Shown here: in pieces, positions 59,466 through 64,000 of the stretch
How the letters are laid out: every line of letters begins with the position of its first letter
Position numbering within the stretch: position 1 is the stretch's first letter
Assembly: GCF_006345805.1 (NCBI RefSeq)
Contig: NC_042999.1
Location: 136,152,001 to 136,216,000 of the forward strand
Origin: Octopus sinensis
Lineage: Eukaryota
Direction: 5' to 3'
Length of the DNA stretch: 64,000 bases
Translations under genes and position numbers: made by a program
Notes under the pieces: generated by a model
Seen by the model: only the letters and a program-made list of their open reading frames with translations
Told to the model about the DNA's origin: nothing
Databases searched by the model: none

Positions 59466-59696
59466 CATATATATATATGTACTTCTTTTTTAACCTGTTC
59501 CAGTCATTTGACTGTGGCCATGCTGGGCCCTGCCTTAAAGAGTTTTAATCAAACAAATCAACCCCAGGATTTATATTTTTAAGCCTAGTACTCATTCTCT
59601 TGGTCTTTATTGTCAAACTGCTAAGTTACAGGGACATAAACATACCCACACCAGTTGTCAAGTGACAGTGGGAGACAAACAAACACACACACACAA

Positions 59697-59738
<42 letters not shown>

Positions 59739-60474
59739 ATGCATGAAAGGCTTCTTTCACTTTCCATCTACAAAATCCACTCAAAAGGCTTTGGTCAGCC
59801 AGAGGCTATAGCAGAAGACACTTGCCCAAGGTGCTACACAGCGCGACTGAACCAGAAATCATGTGCATTTTATGTTTATTTGAACTGAAATAAGTTTTTT
59901 CCTTTTTTAAGCAAAAACATGTTTGTAGTGACTTGGGTGTTCAAAGATTATTGTTTACACAATAGCAAGAAGTTTAATGAGTGAAGCTTACTGCTGCAAG
60001 AAACTGTAAGAGGTTAGTTGATTACATCGCACCCCACCTCACCTCAGGGTAGTAAATAATGATTACAAAGATAATGATGATGATGATGACAACAATGACC
60101 ACAATGACAATGATGATGATGATATCGATGATGATGATGATGATAATTTATTCTGGTTGCTTTGTAAAAAAATATGGATACAACACTGCAGCCAAGTGGT
60201 ACATGTACCAGAAAAAAAGCACTAAATGAAACTGGTGAGTCAAAAATGCAGTATTTAATTGTTCTGTCTGGATTTTGACATCCAAACAACAGAACAGCTG
60301 AACACTGCAGACCATATATCATTATAGATGACATTAAAACGTAGAATACACCATAATAGATGCTGCAGTACTTTCAGACAAAAACTTTTGAGACAAAGAC
60401 ACAAAAAACGATCAAAATATATCATGATTAAAAAGTACAGGTTTGGGCAATACAAATAGGAAAATAAAACTCCA

Positions 60475-60512
<38 letters not shown>

Positions 60513-60797
60513 CATACACACATATATATATATAATGATAATAATATTAATAATAATATGAGGGAATATTATTCCAAACTTACAGGGAAAAATTCAATTT
60601 AGAAATACTAAATCAAATTTCACAAAATATAATATATATATATAAATTAGAAAAAAAGCACCTTTTATCAATTCAATAATGAAAAATTAAATTATACCAT
60701 TTAGAAAAATTACCTATTATAGAAAGATTGAATATAAGATAAAACATATAATGATGATTAAGTAATGTGCAAAATAATAAATAAAATGCATATATTT

Positions 60798-60855
<58 letters not shown>

Positions 60856-61737
60856 ATACATCGACCCCAGTACTCAACTGGTACTTAATTTATCAACCCT
60901 GAAAGGATGAAAAGCAAAGTTGACTTCAGTGGAATTTGAACTCAGAATGTAAAGATGGATGAAATGCCACTATGCATTTTGCTCAACACGGTAACAATTC
61001 CACCAATATATAGATATATACATATATATATATGACTGACTTTCCCACTGAAGATGGCATGTGAGCGTTCAGTTTTTGCTGAATGACCTGCATAAATGAT
61101 TTGTTTATAGTGATTAAATGTATGTGCTGTACATTAGCTCACACCCTCCATCAAATCAACATTGTCTGTACAGGTGCACAAGTGTGCCATGTGTCAGATG
61201 TTGAAATGATTGCAGAACAATGGAAGATGAAGTGTTTTGCTCAAGAAAACAACATGCTGCTTCATCCGGAAATCAAACCCACGATCTAGCAATCGTGAGT
61301 GCAACTCCCAAACCACTAGACCACACACATACACACACACACATATATGTGTGTCTCAGTGTATGTTTGACAGAAATTTCCAAGTGGCTCAAAGGGCTGA
61401 AATGATTAATCAAACTGGTTTCAAATTGGGTGGGATTACATCTATAAAGACAAACTGAAATGGTAAATAAAATTATCTCTAGATTGTTCTAGAAAAAATT
61501 AGAAAACATTATGAACTCATGTGAGTAGTGCATAATTTTTCAAGTAGTTCACCTGTTAAGTAGTTCAAAACATGAATATTTAAATAAGCGAAAATAACAA
61601 GTAAGGTAAACGGAAAAGAGAAAGAATATATATACACATATAAACAAATGTATAGATATATGCACTTATTTATATATATATGTGTGTGTGGTTGTATATA
61701 TTATATATATATGTATATATATATATATGTATGAATA

Positions 61738-61788
<51 letters not shown>

Positions 61789-61993
61789 TATATATATATA
61801 ATATATATCTAAATAAATGCATAAGTGCACACACACATATATAAACACATACACACCCATACATATATGTACATGTACATATGTTAGCATATTTTTTCAA
61901 GTAGTTCACCTGTTAAGTAGTTCAATACATGAATATTTAAATAAATAATCTAAAATAACAAATAAGGTAAACGGAAATGAGAAAGAATATATA

Positions 61994-62380
61994 GGCGCAG
62001 GAGTGGCTGTGTGGTAAGTAGCTTGCTAACCAGCCACATGGTTCCGGGTTCAGTCCCACTGCGTGGCATCTTGGGCAAGTGTCTTCTGCTATAGCCTCGG
62101 GCCGACCAATGCCTTGTGAGTGGATTTGGCAGACGGAAACTGAAAGAAGCCTGTCGTATATATGTATATATATATATATGTGTGTGTCTGTGTTTGTCCC
62201 CCTAGCATTACTTAACAACCGATGCTGGTGTGTTTACGTCCCCGTCACTTAGCGGTTCGGCAAAAGAGACTGATAGAATAAGTACTGGGCTTACAAAGAA
62301 TAAGTCCCGGGGTCGATTTGCTCGACTAAAGGCGGTGCTCCAGCATGGCCACAGTCAAATGACTGAAACAAGTAAAAGAG
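61994..62380 (+). mobile_element. tRNA-derived SINE family B, near-complete young copy
   Basis: Head ggcgcaggagtggctgtgtggtaag..ggttcagtcccac, CORE-like ttgggcaagtgtcttct, internal (TA)/(TG) tract, tail gactgaaacaagtaaaagag. CpGs are intact. Homologues are dispersed across the window. Confidence 0.85.
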
Positions 62381-62571
62381 AGTATACACATATATACACA
62401 CATAAACAAATATAGAGATATATGCACACATTTATATATATATATGTGTGTGTGTGTGCGTATGTATGTATATATATATATGTGTGTGTGTATATATATA
62501 TGTATGTATGCATGTATGTATATATATATGTGTGTGTGGTTGTGTGTATATATATATATATATATATATTA

Positions 62572-62603
<32 letters not shown>

Positions 62604-62661
62604 GTGTGTGTGTATATATATCATCATCATCATTATCATTTAGCGTCCGCTTTCCATGCTA

Positions 62662-62728
<67 letters not shown>

Positions 62729-62959
62729 TGAGGGAATATTATTCCAAACTTAGAGGGAAAAATTCAATTTAAAAATACTAAATCAAAATTTTACATAATA
62801 TAATATATATATATATTAAAAAAAACCCACCCTTTATCAATCCAATAATGAAAAATTAAATTATATCATTTAGAAAAATTACCGATTATAGAAAGATTAA
62901 ATATGAGGTAAAATATATAACGATGATTAAGTAATGTGCACATATATACATATATATAC

Positions 62960-63009
<50 letters not shown>

Positions 63010-63173
63010 ATATATATATACACACACACACACACACATATATATGCATAAAGTGCACACACATATATAAACACATACACACCCATACATACATATACAT
63101 CTACATATGTTTGCATATGCATATATGTATATAAATACATATACACATGTACTCATAGACACATGCACACATA

Positions 63174-64000
63174 CGAGGGGCGTAATGCCCCTGACCCACT
63201 TCCCATAGCAGTAGAGCAACGAAACTTGGCACAGTTATTAGTCTTTTTCTACATAGGAACCACCCAGAGTTACGCATTTCTCCCATCGTTTGATGCGGCT
63301 CTGGAGACCGTTTTTGTAGAAGAACCCAGCTTGGTCCTCCAACCTCAACATGACTTCAGAAATCAAGGCTGCATCATCTGGGAAACGTTTTCCATTCAAA
63401 AACAACTTCATGATTGGGAAGAGGTGAAAATCAGAGGGTGCAAGGTCAGGAAAGTAGGGGGGATGGGGAGGAGTTCATAGCCATATGCCTGTGCTTCTGA
63501 TCTGGCGACAAGTGAGTTGTGGACCGGAGCGTTGTCCTGCAGGAGGAGGATGCCTTTGCTGATCTTGCCCCGCCTCTTGATTTTGATAACTTCTCTTAAT
63601 TTCCTCAAAAGTGAAGCATAATAGGCTCCTGCAATTGTGGTACCCTTTGCCAGGAAATCTGTCATCACTACTCCGTCCTGATCCCAGAAGACTGTGAGCA
63701 TGACCTTGTCAGCGGAGGGCTGCACCCTTGCCTTCTTTGGAGGGGATGAGTCACGGTGCTTCCTCTGCATTGACTGGGCTTTGGTCTCTGGATCATCGTG
63801 ATGGACCCAGGTTTCATCCTGTGTAATCAGTCTTTTGAAAAATTTTGACTCATCTTCTTGGCACATCTCCAAATTCACCCTCGAGCACTCGACGCGTTCT
63901 TGCTTCTGGAAAGGCGTGAGCAGCCTGGGAATCCATCTGGCAGACACCTTTTGCATATGCAAATGGTCATGAATGATAGTTTCCACAGACCCGGTACTAA
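63174..64000 (-). mobile_element. Mariner (DD34D) transposon, frameshifted transposase, running off the window end
   Basis: ORF 63408..63986 has KVSARWIP, ITQDETW, VMLTVFWD and LLQDNAPVH. A 1-nt deletion near 63465 shifts the frame to HPPYFPDLAPSDFHLF...RWEKCVTLGGSYVEKD* (stop 63238-63240). There are 34 residues between the 2nd and 3rd catalytic D. The end reads TA-CGAGGGG at 63172-63180, typical of a TA target site plus mariner TIR. Confidence 0.93.

Noticed and set aside
63163-63480. Plus-strand 105-aa ORF, and likewise 35740-35922(+) and 49549-49833(+)
   Set aside because: They are antisense shadows of the mariner, the TMEM245 exon and the PLE remnant respectively.

Overview
AT-rich, microsatellite-dense eukaryotic genomic DNA. 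I infer it is coleoid cephalopod (Octopus-like) from its recalled SINE families and repeat content. One protein-coding gene is supported: a TMEM245 orthologue on the minus strand. Seven internal exons (35911 down to 3690) have canonical AG/GT sites and compatible phases, and join into 336 stop-free codons. The 3' exons probably lie left of the window and the 5' exons could not be located. The rest is intronic or intergenic sequence packed with decayed mobile DNA: several tRNA-derived SINE families, RTE LINE fragments, a Dong/R4-type LINE 3' end in (TAA)n, a Penelope GIY-YIG remnant, DD34D mariner and DD37D transposons, and TTAA-flanked MITEs. The most unusual signals are minimal hammerhead-ribozyme-like relics in Penelope-like termini and fold-back palindromes, and at least seven long inverted repeats in or near the TMEM245 introns. 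Most ORFs in the supplied track are microsatellite or antisense artefacts. Family assignments come from recalled motifs, not database searches.
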